Assembly: GCA_052426225.1 (NCBI GenBank)
Contig: JBNJNM010000021.1
Location: 2,418,001 to 2,482,000, forward strand
Direction: 5' to 3'
Source of the DNA: Zancudomyces culisetae HAW-14-8
Taxonomy: Eukaryota; Fungi; Kickxellomycota
DNA: 64,000 nucleotides
Shown here: positions 13,536 to 26,700 of the stretch, piece by piece
Layout: every line of letters begins with the position of its first letter
Numbering within the stretch: the first letter of the stretch is position 1
Program-made: the position numbers and the translations under genes
The notes under the pieces: model-generated
Seen by the model: the letters and a program-made list of their open reading frames with translations, nothing else
What the model was told of the DNA's origin: nothing
Database searches by the model: none

Positions 13536-13636
13536 AGAGAAGATAAGATAAGATAAGAGAGGAGAGGAGAGGAGGAGAGAGGAGGAGAGGAGGAGAGGAG
13601 GAGAGGAGGAGAGGAGAGAAGAGAAGAGAAGAGAGG
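13536..13636 (+). repeat. Polypurine microsatellite tract (AAGAT)n(GGAGA/GGAGGAGA)n(AAGAG)n
   Basis: About 100 bp of nearly pure purine, directly visible. Confidence 0.9.
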
Positions 13637-14631
13637 TATTATTCACTTTGTTTACCTTGGCAAATATATTTTTGACATATACTAAACCTTTTACCTGTCA
13701 GAATTTCGCTGTTCAGTCTGTGTAAGTGGTAGTCACATATACATACACAAAGTTGAATTGTTCATGATTAGAATAAAAGGGGGATTCTTCGGTAAATGTA
13801 ATACCCAGTTCCGCCTTGAAAAATTAGCATACACAACCTACACAAGATATCCAAAGGTAATTTTTCTTTTAGGACCTGAAAGAGAAGGAAAAATAGAGAG
13901 GGCGGATGCTACCTTACCTGTATTAAAAAACTTTAACCTTTGTAACCACTTTTGTGCCAGCTTAATAAACATATACATTTACAAGAATGTTTGAAACAAT
14001 TTGATTCTTGTACTTACCAATAGATGCATAATCGCGCCTTGTAGCTTTGAAATGCGTGATTACCAATATTGGGAAAGGCTTTGACGTAAATCAAGTTAAA
14101 ATATGCTTTCTTTCCTGTCAATTTCAAAATTTATTGCATTTGATTCTAGTTGAGTCGATCATCTGACCTTACTTCCCGTTTTGTATTTCCTCAGAATAGA
14201 CATAGGTTTCACCATTTAAGCCAACCAGAAATCCGTAATAATAACATTTCGTCTATATATAACGTTTTCAAATATTACGCAAAGTCGCTCGATGTAAAAT
14301 TTTAAAGTAAATTAAAAACGTATATAAGCGCATTCACGTCCTCCCCCCCTTTGAAAAACTAATGTGCTAAAACATATCATAATATAATAGAGGGGAAATA
14401 AACTACAACAAAACACAATCGTGATAATTATTTATTCAATTCTAACAGCGATTGTCGAGTTTTACGCGTTGTTTATAAATACTTTGTTTGGCTGTGCATG
14501 CATGATAGAAAGAAAAACATTCGCCCAGCGGAAAAGATATCATAATACTAGGATTAAAGATTTAAACTGAACAAGCAACTAAACAAATCACGCAATACAA
14601 GGGTTGAGGGAGAGACAGTGATTTGAAAAAA

Positions 14632-15312
14632 ATGGCCGCAGCAGCTTTTATTATAATAGCCCAACTGTTTGTGCTATTTTCAATACTATTGCGAGGATAT
14701 CTAGTCTTTAGACAAGGGAGAAGGAATAGAGCAAATGGTGCTCGACATCAAGAACTAACACCCGTGGAAACAACAAGTACCCAGCGAGATGAACTACCCA
14801 AATATATTTCAGAAAAGCTAGAAGGAGACCATGGCACTTGTTCAGAATATGAACCGACACCAAAATTAGTGACGGATCGAGAACTCCAATGTTTTAGAAT
14901 AGTGACATATGAAAATATAATAAAGCCAGAAAAAGCCGTGTGTAAACCCCCAAAATATTTCAACTCTACTGTGAACGTAAATAATGATTATAGTAGTAAT
15001 AATTTACAAGTACTTCTGATCCCAAACGATAGTGGAATGGTGAAACAAGACCCCAACAACGCTACTATGCATATTGATATGGAGAATAATTCCGACACAC
15101 CAATTTATTATGAAAATTTTCACAATTGCAAATTATGTAATGGTGGTTTATTTAGTTCCGACCTTGTCAGAGACTTACCATGCAAACATACATTCCATCA
15201 AAATTGTGTGGACTGGTATCTAAATAATGTGTCCAAAATGTGTCCAGTTTGCAAGATAGATTTAAAATATGAGGCAAACATGGTAGTAAACCTACAGCAT
15301 CCAAAGGTTTAG
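14632..15312 (+). CDS. Transmembrane RING-H2 E3 ubiquitin ligase
   Basis: N-terminal TM helix; C-terminal CKLC...LPCKHTFHQNCVDWYL...CPVC RING-H2 pattern. Confidence 0.88.
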   Translation: MAAAAFIIIAQLFVLFSILLRGYLVFRQGRRNRANGARHQELTPVETTSTQRDELPKYISEKLEGDHGTCSEYEPTPKLVTDRELQCFRIVTYENIIKPEKAVCKPPKYFNSTVNVNNDYSSNNLQVLLIPNDSGMVKQDPNNATMHIDMENNSDTPIYYENFHNCKLCNGGLFSSDLVRDLPCKHTFHQNCVDWYLNNVSKMCPVCKIDLKYEANMVVNLQHPKV

Positions 15313-15708
15313 AAAGTATGTGCTGTCTTTTCTTTTATTTAACTTTGCACATTTAATACACCAGAAAACCAGAATCTGAAACCGTTTGATTTTTTTGACT
15401 CTTGAATCTTTTAGGAATGTAGTTGATTGCTTATATATATTTATATATATGTAGGTTAGATAAATAGGGTTCATGTATTATTTAGAATTAGAAATTCACT
15501 ACAATAGTAGTAAAAAATTATGTGATGTAACAAAAAGATTATCTCGAATAAACATATATAAATGTTACACATCTAAAAAGGGAGATAAAAAGATGCAACT
15601 CTGGTACAATATACATTGAGTCGTCTTTTACTGCCAGTATCGAAATAAGACGATGCTAGATTGTGAATTCTGAGCTAGTGTGTTTTCTTTTTTAAAAATC
15701 AAGCCAAA

Positions 15709-16799
15709 TCACGAACTATCTTTGTCCAGCAAGTTACTTAACCGTTCTAATGTCGCCTAAGTATCACAATAAACGGTGCACACCAAAAATTTATTTAAGA
15801 TACTACAGGAAATGAATTGAGGAGAACAAAGTATATATGCTTACCTTCCCCGCCTCTGTTAATTTATCGATATCACAAGGATCGGTAAAGTAAGAGGCTT
15901 CAGTTTCATTGAGTACTTCTAAAGGTGAAATTTTTAAAACAGACGAATCACCACTATCTGTGTTCAAGTCGCCTTCTCCTATTGAAGAATCGTTTGTTTT
16001 ATGAACTAAGGATTCCATCCCATACTCATAATTATACTCAATACCTGAATCTTTTTGGACTTGACAAAAATCATTATTTGGAGCACAAGTATCTGAAAAT
16101 GCTTGGTTATTCTGGTAATCCAAAAGGTCTTGGGGATCGGAAAAAGATGGTGGAAGAAGGGGTATTGCTTTGCATAAAGCAGTGTAGAGCTCATCAACTA
16201 TTATCGGTATTCCATATTTTAGCAATTGAAAGCTCAAACTGTATTTTTCTACTACTCTATAAATAAAATTAAAATCGACTGACATAAAAAGTGGACTTAC
16301 GCTTGTTCAAATCCTGGTGAAAAATAAACAATTCAGAAAATTGAATTCCCTCCTCGAGATTTTGTTCCCAGGAATCATCCGCACTCTCTTTCTCATTGTA
16401 TGAGCCATTTAGACTTTCGACATTTATGTTTTATCTGCTGCCTGAAAGGTGGGAATCCTCTTGAGAAGCATTGTTAAGAACAGAGGATGAGAATGAGAGC
16501 TCTAGTTGTAAATAGATGCAATCGCCTAGATTATTTTCGTTCTCGAAATCTACTTTATCCTGTTTTAATGATTTTGCGTACAAAGCAATAGAGTCGTAGG
16601 CAATGTTAAATCCAGAGTTTTGGGCATCTGATAAAACAACTAGGTGTGTTGCTGTTATATATACAGACAGCGGTTCCTTGGCAATTGTAAACGTTGGTCT
16701 TATTCGTACATCACTTAATGAATGCCTGGGCATGTCGCTTTCATTACTTAGGCTACCTGCTATGAATTCCGGACTATTGTTTAGAATCGTGAACGACAT
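15709..16799 (-). CDS. ICln/Voldacs (CLNS1A/Lot5-like Sm assembly chaperone); 3 exons, in-frame TAA at 16431-16433
   Basis: VYIT..LVV...GFNIAYDSIALYA...CIYLQL, acidic tract, ELFIF...LDELYTALC, and spliced C-terminal LTEAGKATLERLSNLL, close to the ICln LTAEGQATLERL motif. Introns about 16300-16198 and 15844-15757. Confidence 0.8.
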
Positions 16800-18243
16800 T
16801 TTTCCTTTCAATTTTTCACGTTTTGCAGTATTTCTTGCACCAAACTTGAATATTTGACAAGTTGATAATTCAGGAATAAAACAGTTGAACTGAGTGAGTA
16901 TTTGATGAGGAAAGCGCTAAGCACAATTAAAAATGGTTGATGGAACCTTTCTAGCTTTGATAGCTCACTTTTAAATTAAACAAAATTAAGCAAGGAATCC
17001 CACTAGCTTTACCAAATCTCGATAAAATAACGAATCAAAGTTTATTTAAATTAGTTAGACTGCTTTTCATTTTTCCAAGAAAAAATAATTAAGGCTAACA
17101 ACTCTGAGAAACGGCGAGTATAGGTTAGTGCTCTTAATCTCGACAGCTTTTACTAGATTTTAAATATGTACTTTAGGTAATACGAGCAACTTTTTGTCTG
17201 CTTGGTTGATAACTTTAGTATTTATTGAAAGAAGCACCAAAGATATATACCACGTTGTTAACATTTGGTTTTTATAATAAACTGCAAGCCCAGTTTAGTA
17301 ATAACGAATGGGGTAAAATGATTTGATAAATTAGTTCTTAATATTTTGTTTATACGCTTTTTTGTTATTATTATTATAGTGATTATTAAAACCTACATCA
17401 ACTCGAAAGAAATACAAATGTTATATCCGACAATAGTAATTCACGAAATTATAATCAACATTTATTAGGTAGGTTGAGGAGGCAGAGGTAACAGAAATAG
17501 AGAGATAAACTCCCTTTTAAAGTATATAAATAAATAAACTAGTAATTTAGCTAGCTAGAAAGTTAGCTAGAAAGTTAGTTAGTTAGCTAGTTAGTTGTGA
17601 AGATAGCCTAAATAAAGTTACAATATAAGCCGCAACAAGACAACAAACGATCCTGGTAACAACGGAAAGTTAACATGGAATTAACAGTTGTTGGAAATAC
17701 CAAGTAACAACAATTGGTAAAATAAAATAAAATATTTAACCAAGGTTGGTTTTGTCAAAATTCATACTCACATATATCAATTTAGGTAATATCGGTACCA
17801 CAAAAAAATTTTCTGTGCACTTATTTATCTTGTTTTACTTGATGAATTATATTATCTTAAAAAAACAACCAAATTAGGTGGTGTTGGTATAAAAGTAGCA
17901 AATAAAAGACGAAATTAGAAATTGGGTGTGAATCTATGGAACTGATATGAAAACTACACACAACCATTCGAAGGAATTGATGATTGGAATTCATCAAAAA
18001 ATTCCAATAAGGCAAATGATTTGGGTAAATCAGTAGTTGGTACTAGTAAAAAAGGAATAAACAAAAAAAAGAAAAATAGTATAAAAACAGTTGAATATGA
18101 AAATTATCAAGCCGGCATTTTAAACACAAAAGCATCCTACTATCTCTAGGCCTCAAACCAGAGACATCCTTTTAAATTGAATAAAGTTTTTTTTTCCTAT
18201 AAAACTTTCTAGTAGGTATACAGACAACAGCAATCAAAGAGTA

Positions 18244-19923
18244 ATGGAAATATCAGTTCTGGGGTTGAGCTTTTACGTACACGACTATATTCTGAGTGTA
18301 TTACTTTCAATACAGTTTGTTGACGACCTTGTGCTGTTTGCAACTGAGAGCGAATATAGACACATACTGGCAAATCTTATTTACCTACCATTATTGGTAT
18401 GTGATATAAAATGGCTATTAAAATACATCGTCTCGGATCAATGGCTACAAGAAATACTGGTGTTTATTAAGAACATGATTTTGCTTTATCTGTGTTGTTA
18501 CCAAATATCAGCAACAATCAGAAAAACAGTAAAGGAGCTAGCCGTGCCCTATGGTTTAAAAAAAGTAAAATGCATAGAGGCAAGTATTAACAGTAACTCT
18601 TTGAAGGGGTACAAAGGCAAACGTAAGGTTTATGGGAAGCACATGAACCAAAAACTGTGTATAATTAATACGAATAAAAGGAGAAGTGTTTTGATCGGCG
18701 GAAGGTTTTCATCAGAGTACGTAAAGCACCCAGACATAATATTCAATAAAAATCGGGCTTTCCTAAAAAATCACCACAAACACACAATACTAGCCAGAGG
18801 AATGCACGTAAATGATATTCTGTACAGCAGATACTTGTTACACTTTCTGTCGTATGTCGATTTGAGCGAATCGATGGAGGCAATTCAACCAACTCTGGAA
18901 CAAGTAATTAGAAGAGAAATTATATCATCTGGAAGCGTGTATAATGGAAATGAGGTTGTGGTTAACAACTTGTATGAGACAGTAAAAAATATGGTTAGAT
19001 TCGCCATAGTATTTAGATTTTTTGGACCATATGCAATAAAGGATAAGGATTTGGTCGAAAGTTTGAAAAAAGTGATGAAGCCAGTCAATATTGGAAGCGA
19101 TAATGATCAGAATTTTTTTTCAGCACTATTTACTGCGGGATATTTGGGCAATAACTACTTTTTTGAGTATTTTGAACTTGAGTCGAGTCGCAGAAAATAT
19201 CTTCCCGAGTATAGTAAACCAAAGGACATAATACAATTTTTTACAGACAATTTTAGCATTTTCCAAGCGGAGCTAACGAGTGTAGCGTATTGTATACAGA
19301 CGATTGTAGCGGTTGGAGTGGAAGTGGCATCAAGGCGGATGTTTAACTTATTTGTAGAGCTTAGTCTGAGGCCTGACGTCTACAAAGAGTTGCTGCAGGA
19401 GCAACAAGATCTAATTAAAAAAAATGGTGGTAACAACCATATTCCATTTGAGATGTTGGACGAAATGGTGTACTTGGATGCATTTATCAAAGAAACGATC
19501 AGGCTTTCGGGGTCGGATTTATTCATGCCCCGTTGCACAACCCAGGAAGTAGTGATGTCTAATGGGGTGAGTATTTCTAAACACCAATACGTGAGTTTTA
19601 ACATTCAGGCGCATAATAGAGATCCCAAGATATTTGGGCCAAATGCGAATGAATTCGACTACAAGCGACACATTCGTCTTGGGCTGAAACTAACAGATGC
19701 TTCGCTGGCTAATTTGATGTGGGGTGCTGGGAATCGGGTCTGTTTAGCAAGAATATATGCAGCTGCACTTATGAAGCTGATGTTAGCGATGATCATTAGA
19801 AAATACGAGGTGCATGCCAATTATGCTGTTAAAAAAAACAAGCATGGACAACCCACATCCTCTCACTATACATCCCTTAGCGACTTTTGCATAAACAAAG
19901 GATTGTACTTTAAGATTCGTTAA
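18244..19923 (+). CDS. Cytochrome P450, copy 1 (intronless)
   Basis: K-helix ETIR, HNRDPKIF, heme motif WGAGNRVCLA, hydrophobic N-terminus. Confidence 0.92.
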   Translation: MEISVLGLSFYVHDYILSVLLSIQFVDDLVLFATESEYRHILANLIYLPLLVCDIKWLLKYIVSDQWLQEILVFIKNMILLYLCCYQISATIRKTVKELAVPYGLKKVKCIEASINSNSLKGYKGKRKVYGKHMNQKLCIINTNKRRSVLIGGRFSSEYVKHPDIIFNKNRAFLKNHHKHTILARGMHVNDILYSRYLLHFLSYVDLSESMEAIQPTLEQVIRREIISSGSVYNGNEVVVNNLYETVKNMVRFAIVFRFFGPYAIKDKDLVESLKKVMKPVNIGSDNDQNFFSALFTAGYLGNNYFFEYFELESSRRKYLPEYSKPKDIIQFFTDNFSIFQAELTSVAYCIQTIVAVGVEVASRRMFNLFVELSLRPDVYKELLQEQQDLIKKNGGNNHIPFEMLDEMVYLDAFIKETIRLSGSDLFMPRCTTQEVVMSNGVSISKHQYVSFNIQAHNRDPKIFGPNANEFDYKRHIRLGLKLTDASLANLMWGAGNRVCLARIYAAALMKLMLAMIIRKYEVHANYAVKKNKHGQPTSSHYTSLSDFCINKGLYFKIR

Positions 19924-20039
19924 TATTTTAGAGTATTACATATTGTTTTGTTGCTTTGGTCAATAGTTAACTAAATAAAGCGAAGATAATGATGTTTTCG
20001 ATATCCGATCAAAGAGTAAAAGCAGTAGAATAAAGAGAG

Positions 20040-20106
20040 AGAAAGTGAAAAAGTGAAAAAGTGAAAAAGTGAAAAAGTGAAAAAGTGAAAAAGTGAAAAA
20101 GTGAAA
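20040..20106 (+). repeat. 8-bp tandem repeat (AAAAGTGA)n, about 8 copies
   Basis: Directly visible. Only about 2 copies at the equivalent site in the second P450 unit. Confidence 0.9.
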
Positions 20107-21388
20107 GAGGGTAAGAAAAAAGAACAAGAAAAATGAGCAACAAGTAGTGAGTATTTTGTATTGTGTATTGTGTATCAACTTTTTTTTAATGATATTCGAT
20201 AGTTTTATTATTACTTTTTATCAAAATTAACTAAATCTCAAAATATTTCTTATAGTACACTCAAATAATTATTATGTTAGTAATTTTTAATTGATTACTG
20301 AAAATAGACTCGATATTCGTTGCCAAAATCAAATAATAACAACAAACATTTGACTTTAAGCTTTACTCGTTAAATTTGTAGAATGTTTGGTTTTAGTAAT
20401 CCTGATTCATCTTTACACGGAGTAAGCCTTCGAAGCGGTGGAAAAGTTCGGTTCAATTTAGGTTCAATTAGACAGTGAGCTTTCAGTAATTGCACAGTGT
20501 ATTTCCTATAATGCTAGTGCGTGTACAATGCGTCATGCAGGTTTATTCTTTTGATATATTTAACACTCCATAATATATTTAATATTCAATTCTGTTTTCT
20601 CTATTCATTAAATTATATGCCTGCTTCTTTCTCAATAAGCTCTTTTATCTTATTCCAGTATTATTTTGGGCGTTTAATTTGTAAAATAAATGCTTGTAGC
20701 GTTTTTCCTTATCTTTACAGTGGCTACTTTTACTGTCTCTGTCCGCGTTATTTTTATCCCTATTCCATATGTTGGTATCTTTTCCTGTTATTATTTCTCC
20801 ATAATTTAGTAATTCTTATTGGTAGGTTTTTTTGATTTTTTCCTATATTTTTATACTCAACTTTTTTTTTGATTTTTTTGACTTTGTCAACTATTTAATC
20901 CTAAAATAATGATAACTGTTATTTTATATCCAATTCCCTGCTAACTCACTAAATATTCACTTTATACATAAACTAGCACCTGAAACTGAATTGAAACAGG
21001 TTGTAAAATGTAGTTCCAATGACTAGAAGCCTTCATTTTACTGGATATATTACACAAGTAGATATTTCTGATGTTTAGTCTCTAAGCCAGATCTCCTCTC
21101 ATATTTCCTTTATACATCCTAATTCAGCTTGCAAAATTACACACACAAAACGCTGAAGTTCCCAAACTACGAAATTGGTCATTGAATTAAATACCCGACT
21201 TCCAAGCCCAATCCTCCACTCCAACCAGTTTCTCCCTACTTCATCCTTTTTTTGTCCAATTATCTTTTCCGATTAGTGTTCATCTGATGAGCTTTTGCAA
21301 ACAAAAAAAATGGATATAGATATTTACACTCATAACAGAAGAGGGGGTAAAAGCAAACAATTCCAAAAAAAAGCCAACGCTACTCGAA

Positions 21389-22377
21389 ATGAACGTTACT
21401 CACAAACTCTATGGTGGTTACATGTCGATCAGCATTCCTAACACATTACTGGATGCAAGGTAAACATTTCTTTTTATTCTCCCTCCCTCATCTCTCATCC
21501 CCCATCCCCCTACTCTTAGCCCTCAGGTCTTACTCTCCTAAGTTCTGTTATATACCGGCTTTAGTTCTACACCACTAAGGTCAAAAATAAACGCTAAAGA
21601 GTTGAGTTGATAACCTTTGTTTATTTTATTACATGTAGTCAAATAAGGCAGATCCCTGACAACCAAGAGGTATTTTTGAATCCCGAAAATGACGAAAGTT
21701 TAATAGTTGAAATTCTAGAGTATCAAGATGTCCCCAATAGTGAAGCTCTAAGGTAATTATTTATACTATTTTTTATTTATTTTAAATCAAGATCTTAAAA
21801 GAAGAGAACCAAAACTCTAGAGCAGATTTATATTCATTTTAAAACTTTACACAAAACCGCATTCAATCATATATATGTACAATAAATATGATATTTGATA
21901 TGTCAAACAAATTTAGGGTGCATTTTGATAATCTTGCTGAAGAAAACGATGCCAAACTCCACAAACTACTACTATCAGAGATTTCAAGTGTCGAGCTCTC
22001 AGAGAGCCTAAGGTAAAATATTGTATTATTTACTTATAATATTACTTTTGCTTTTACCGCTTTTTAACATTGCATGGGTTTGGATGAGAAATAGCGGATG
22101 TACAATGATTCAAGGATTTGGTGTACAAACAGTATCCAAGTTTAACCATGGCTCCAGCGACCAAAATAAAGATGTTGATTTATTGGGTGTGTACCTTGTA
22201 CTGATTCGTATAGAAAAAGTAAAAGCGGACATTTTGATTACGATCAATTCACCCAAAGGCAAGTCAGACGATATTTCACAATACTCGTCGATGAGTGATC
22301 AGGATAAGATAACTCTGGACAACTTGATTGCCTGTGTCTCAACCCTTGTCATTAACGATTGGGAGTTGTTTCTGTAA
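21389..22377 (+). CDS. MOG1: Ran guanine nucleotide release factor Mog1 (4 exons)
   Basis: Spliced: MNVTHKLYGGYMSISIP..LLDAS/QIRQIPDNQEVF...SLIVEILE.../HFDNLAEENDA.../Q.VSKFN...LIRIEKVKADILITINSP...INDWELF. Introns start at about 21460, 21753 and 22013. Confidence 0.9.
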
Positions 22378-22793
22378 ACTACATGGCTTTTGTACGTTTT
22401 AATATATAAGCAACATTGCTGATTATTTATCATTTTCCTTTACTTTTGTTTTTTAAATTTGTCAAAAACACTGTCTATTCCAGTTCCAACAGCGTCCTTT
22501 TTTTATAAAGTTTCGATATAGTTTAGTCTGTTTTTGTGTAAATGCATATCTATTCTTTTATAAAACACTATCATACCTCGTGTTGACCGATTGTTGTAGT
22601 AAACTTTTTTGTATTAGTCTATTTGTTTACTTTTGAACACTTTTATGTTTATATCAAGCATTAATTTAATATAACGGTTTTACTCAACTCATATTTTATA
22701 CATCACAAAGCTACTATTATATCATGAAAACAAAGGGGAAAAAGTGTAAATTACGATTCTACTAAAATGTTTATTTTTGAATGTGTAAGGACA

Positions 22794-23780
22794 TCAAGCG
22801 AATCTACCCATTCTTAACTTTACACTCTTCCCGGTGTACTCCTTATGATATATCTGCGATTCATCTGAGAATATAAAAATATACTCATCATTGTAATTAA
22901 ACTCTTCATTTATTTGGAGTGCACAATTTGCAAGAGCTTCCCCAAACCAATTATCTTCAAACATCCCATGTTTTGTTTTTGGTACCTCTGTACAGTTGCA
23001 AAAATCTTCAAGTAACCTTCTGGTAAATGCATACACTTTACCATTCATAGATATGAATTTACTATTTTTTTTATAGTTTGGATCACCAAAGTAGATTCTC
23101 TTGTCAGGATTTGCACCCATCAATTTGAGCATAGCGACCAAGTAACTTTTGTTTATAACAATGTCAAAATCAAGTTTTACAATTGTTTTGTACCGCGGAA
23201 GTGTCTTACAGATTTTACTAATCATATCATTTGTTTCTTTGGCAAGTGTGCGGTATTCATAGTTATTGTCTAGCACAACATCACATAAATGCTTTTTTTG
23301 CGCCCTTGGATCGTCTTTATCACATACTGTTAAAACGTTAAAGCCATAATACAGGTTTTTTATCCAGAATATATCGTCTGCTGGGGATATGGGTATGATA
23401 ATTGCATAGTCTGAATTATTTTTGTTGAATGTTACAAGGTTGGTTATACTTGCTCCTTCCGAAATATCTGACAGCTTGATGTATTTGAAACCTTCATATT
23501 TATCACTTTTGCCGATTTTAACAATATTAGTTATATCATTGCCTCGGTAACGAAGAGTGTCATCGTTTTCATGCTCATTGCTATCTAAAATGTCTTTTAA
23601 GGCATAATCCATTCCATCCTTAGTTACTTCTTGATTCAAAAACCCTATACCACCTTCACCAAAGTTACCGGTGCATAGCGATCTCTGCGATAAAAGGTAT
23701 ACTAAGGTTATGGATACAACCAATAGCAGTGATATTAGCAATGTCCTAAGCCTCTTTGCATTAATGGAAATTCGTCTCAT
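22794..23780 (-). CDS. Type II membrane glycosyltransferase, GT31/galactosyltransferase-like
   Basis: Signal anchor, IVKLDFDIVIN (DxD), IYFG, MNGKVYAFT, FEDNWFG. Confidence 0.65.
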   Translation of the reverse strand: MRRISINAKRLRTLLISLLLVVSITLVYLLSQRSLCTGNFGEGGIGFLNQEVTKDGMDYALKDILDSNEHENDDTLRYRGNDITNIVKIGKSDKYEGFKYIKLSDISEGASITNLVTFNKNNSDYAIIIPISPADDIFWIKNLYYGFNVLTVCDKDDPRAQKKHLCDVVLDNNYEYRTLAKETNDMISKICKTLPRYKTIVKLDFDIVINKSYLVAMLKLMGANPDKRIYFGDPNYKKNSKFISMNGKVYAFTRRLLEDFCNCTEVPKTKHGMFEDNWFGEALANCALQINEEFNYNDEYIFIFSDESQIYHKEYTGKSVKLRMGRFA

Positions 23781-26700
23781 TGTTATGATGAATTATTTAG
23801 TAGACGTATACTTCAAATTTATTATAGGTACTTTTGAAACTAAACCCATTGGAATGTAGCTATATACTTTTTTACTAGTTTATTTATGTCTCAAGGATAA
23901 CTTTCAAGCAAATAAAATAGCGGATATAGTAATACTTTACTATGAACAATTGGACCATTCGAAAAGATTGGAATAAATTGACCTAGAATTGGTTGTCTCA
24001 TGATGAATGTAAACTTATCTTTAGGATTAGTATTTAGTGTAGTTCGAAAGTCTTAGAGGTTGATAGAGAGTTTGGAAGTTTGCAGAGATTGATTGAATAA
24101 TTAGGTTAATTTTTTCTTTTTAACTTCATCTTGTTCGAAATCTAAGGTTGCTACGTATACTATCTGTCTTTAGTTTTATTTTTTTATTTTCATCGACTCA
24201 GTTTGAATAATTCGCCTTATTTGTTGTTTTTAAACTATTTATTGAATATGCTTTATAATTATGTATACTTATTATGATATATTTTTAGCTTGATATTCCT
24301 CATTATTAAATCCGTACTAATCACATCTATTTGCTCCCATTTACGAATTGTTAGTAAGTCCCTCTCCATAAAGTCTGAATATTTTTTATTATATTAAATT
24401 AGCGTTAGGTTGTTAAAAAACATGTGTTTCAACTACAAAAAGTGAGTAAAGTTTTCAAGTTTATAAATTATCCTAAAATTACAAATAAATATATGAAAAA
24501 ATGGCGGTAATCTGATTTTGATCTGTATTGTTATTCTTTTGTTGAAACGATATGTTCTACAACTATATAATAAGTACTAAAAGTAGGTATGGCTCACAAT
24601 AAGATTAAATTAAGTAAAGACTGCCTACGTCGTTAAATGAATGACGATTAAGAAATATATATTTGGAATATATTTATGAAAGATATGGAGTATTTAATTA
24701 ATTCGTTAAAAGTAAATAGTTAGTGTTGACAGTTCTTAAATTAATAACTTATAATAGTTATAATCAACAGGTTGATGTCAAACTTGGCTATGTAGTTAAA
24801 CCCACTGGGTTTGCCTTCAAGTTATTGATGTTTATTTGCGCAATTAACAGAAATTCCTAACTTCGGGCGTGGCTGACCTGGTCACGTTCCTTGGTTGGGT
24901 TTCTGATGGTTAGAAACGTCTGATGAACTATATCTTCCAGTTGATCAAACTGAACATGTGACCTCTCGGGTTCAGTATGTATTGAAATTACATCTGAACG
25001 GTCACTCTCGGAAGAATAACGATCTTCATCTTTGAACCTTTGAATAATAGCTGAACGAAGTTGGTTTGTGAACCTATATTGAGATTTTAGTATTTTTAAA
25101 TTGTATGTATTTAAACTTTCAAAAATGGCCTTAACAATACTCCTATAACTTATTAAATAAATATTACTCCACACAAATTTTCTTTTGTTTAACTTTATTT
25201 ATTTTCCTGTTACTGTGTGTTGTAAAGCTAATATGAGAGCTAAAGAAACTCTTATTTAGTTCTCTTAAACTATTATAATTATTATTTATTAGTTTGTGCT
25301 GTTGATTATTTGTCTATTCTGCTTGTACTCATTTGAAATCTTGTTACGTTTTCATTGTCCTTAGTTGGTCACATTTTTTATACTAGTATTTGTATCTTAC
25401 GATATTTGACATACTAATTTGATAAATAATTTTTGGTGTTAATTGATTTTATATACTTTCTCAATTTTAGTTGATTTGAAGATCTCCGTGATTATTCGCG
25501 ATCGGAAATTTAATCCATATTATTATTATTATTAATCAATAAGTAAAACTAATTTCATTATTTGAATTTTTATAACTCCCAGTCAATAATTTTTGTTTCC
25601 AAAGTAAGTGAATTCTTTAGGCCCTATAACCGAAAGCACACGACGTATTAGTAGATCGGTTTATTATGATAATTGGAATATAGATCGTTTTTTGATCTAA
25701 AAGGTATTTTATAAACATATAACTATACAAATCGCTAATAATTAGATTTATATTTAGTTATAGATATACCTGTTGTATATCCACTTTACCACAAGACCTC
25801 TTAGTGCTGGTTGAAATTAATTCATTCATTTTACTTTGAACTCACCAATTTGTAATTTTTCATTTTTTTATGTAATCTAGATTTTTTCAAAACTCGAGGC
25901 GAAAGGTGAGCTATAAATATAAGTATAAGAATAGTATAATATTCACATGAATACATCCAAGAGCATTCAAATTTTCTAGAAATTACTTTTTTTATATTTG
26001 AAGTATATATACAAAATGTTGTAATATATATTTCTAGTAAACCATTAAATTATTCTATTTTGAGCATTTTTTTACAAGTCTACTTTCTTGGAATTCAACA
26101 CAGATTTATATTTGTAATAAAAGGTGCAGTCTTTACAATTGAACAAATTTTCCTCACTTCGAAAAATTTAAAATAGCATTTGCTGAAACGATTTAATAGC
26201 TCAAGGTCTTTGGGGTATATCATTACCACCAGTGCGCAAAATTTATATTAGCCTATACACACGATGTGTTTTTCTTTTATTTTGAGGCAAGTTGTTTTAT
26301 TATGGTTTCAATTGAGCTATACAGAGATGATTTATTAATATCCTAATGGGAATAAGTACCAGTATTAAGGGAATTACAGCTGTCCATTTATATTTAATTT
26401 TTAGTGCTTAAACTCAGTCTATACTTTTTATTGTGGATGTTAAAAGTACGCCGCTCCTTTTGCTATTAAGTAGTGATTATTTAATTCAAATGTGAGTATA
26501 TGTGGCTAAAGGAATATTTTTATTGATAACACAGCTAAATTTACTTGAGATGTATGTGAAAAAGTAAATATATGATTTTAGCTGCAACTTGAACTTTTTT
26601 ATGTAATATAACCAAATGATCGATAAAAATCAATTTCAGATGAACTACACAGGTGTCTTTGAGCTATGACGTTTGTTAAAATCTTATTCTTGCTCTAGAA

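Larger units (their letters stand above)
18080..20206 (+). repeat. Direct repeat unit A of a ~2.1-kb P450 duplication
   Basis: Matches 29387-31502 from TATAAAAAC upstream of the ATG to GATATTCGATAGTTTT downstream. Confidence 0.9.
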
